This document shows positions 63,446 to 64,000 of a DNA stretch of 64,000 nucleotides, piece by piece. Within the stretch, counting starts at the first letter, position 1. Each line of letters opens with the position of its first letter. The notes under the pieces are model-generated. The model was not told the origin of the DNA. It searched no databases and saw only the letters and a program-made list of their open reading frames with translations. The position numbers were made by a program, and so were the translations under genes. The DNA comes from Octopus sinensis. Taxonomy: Eukaryota. The DNA is taken from contig NC_043002.1 in assembly GCF_006345805.1 (NCBI RefSeq), forward strand, positions 43,462,001 to 43,526,000, given 5' to 3'.

Positions 63446-64000
63446 CAGGCCTTTCTACTCTCATGTGCCAAATCGACGTCTCACTAGATAAAGCGTGTGA
63501 GAACCGAGAGGTATTTATGTCAACTTGCAACTACATTAGTTCATTTTCATCACTAGAAGATAAAGGCTGGGATTTAAGTGTCATCCTTTAGATCGACACC
63601 CGCATTCAAAAGTCTTTCCATTTCTAAAATCATTTCATATCTATAAAAATCAATGTCTAGGCATTAAAAAAGTATTTTGATTGAGCGGTTGACTTAATTT
63701 TGTGTTTATTGCACACAAGAATTGTTCTCACTATAAGTGTTGGATTCTTTAACATTTTTACAATGTAGCTGAGATTTACCTCTGTATCATTTTTTTCTTT
63801 AACGTCCAACGTTTATGACGCATTTTCGCACACCTACTCTTTACGTATTTGCAAAGAAATGAAGGCAAAACGGTGATAGGCAAGAAACTTACCCCAAATA
63901 ACAGTGAGCAGTGATGGTCAAAATCGGTAAAATGAGTGATAATCTTATTACCACAGGTACAATAACAGAAATGATAAAATGAAGAAATGGAGGAATGAAG

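Overview
AT-rich, microsatellite- and SINE-dense animal DNA, most consistent with a coleoid cephalopod (Octopus-like; inferred from the repeat landscape, not from a database search). The window holds five internal coding exons (6724-6825, 10228-10491, 19714-19839, 53362-53461, 62671-62715; + strand) of an SLC7 L-type amino acid transporter light chain most similar to b(0,+)AT/SLC7A9. They splice in frame with GT-AG introns of 3.4, 9.2, 33.5 and 9.2 kb. The first and last exons lie outside the window. The introns are filled with transposon remnants: R4/Dong-like RLE LINEs, RTE, CR1, I-group and L2-like LINEs, a Penelope-like element (RT + GIY-YIG), a mariner, a Tc1, a MITE and about four tRNA-derived SINE families. 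The main hunt result is a cluster of type I hammerhead-ribozyme (HHR) motifs in the 33.5-kb intron. It comprises (i) a near-identical 493-bp tandem array (2.8 units) with one HHR per unit, having a variant CCGAAGA core and a palindromic stem III, i.e. a retrozyme-like or Penelope-pLTR array that could release 493-nt monomers or circles; (ii) a ~360-bp inverted repeat with an HHR in each arm, one in the sense of the host pre-mRNA; (iii) a solo HHR with an intact core at 38886-38988; and (iv) decayed HHR remnants. All HHR folds were done by eye and no activity is demonstrated.
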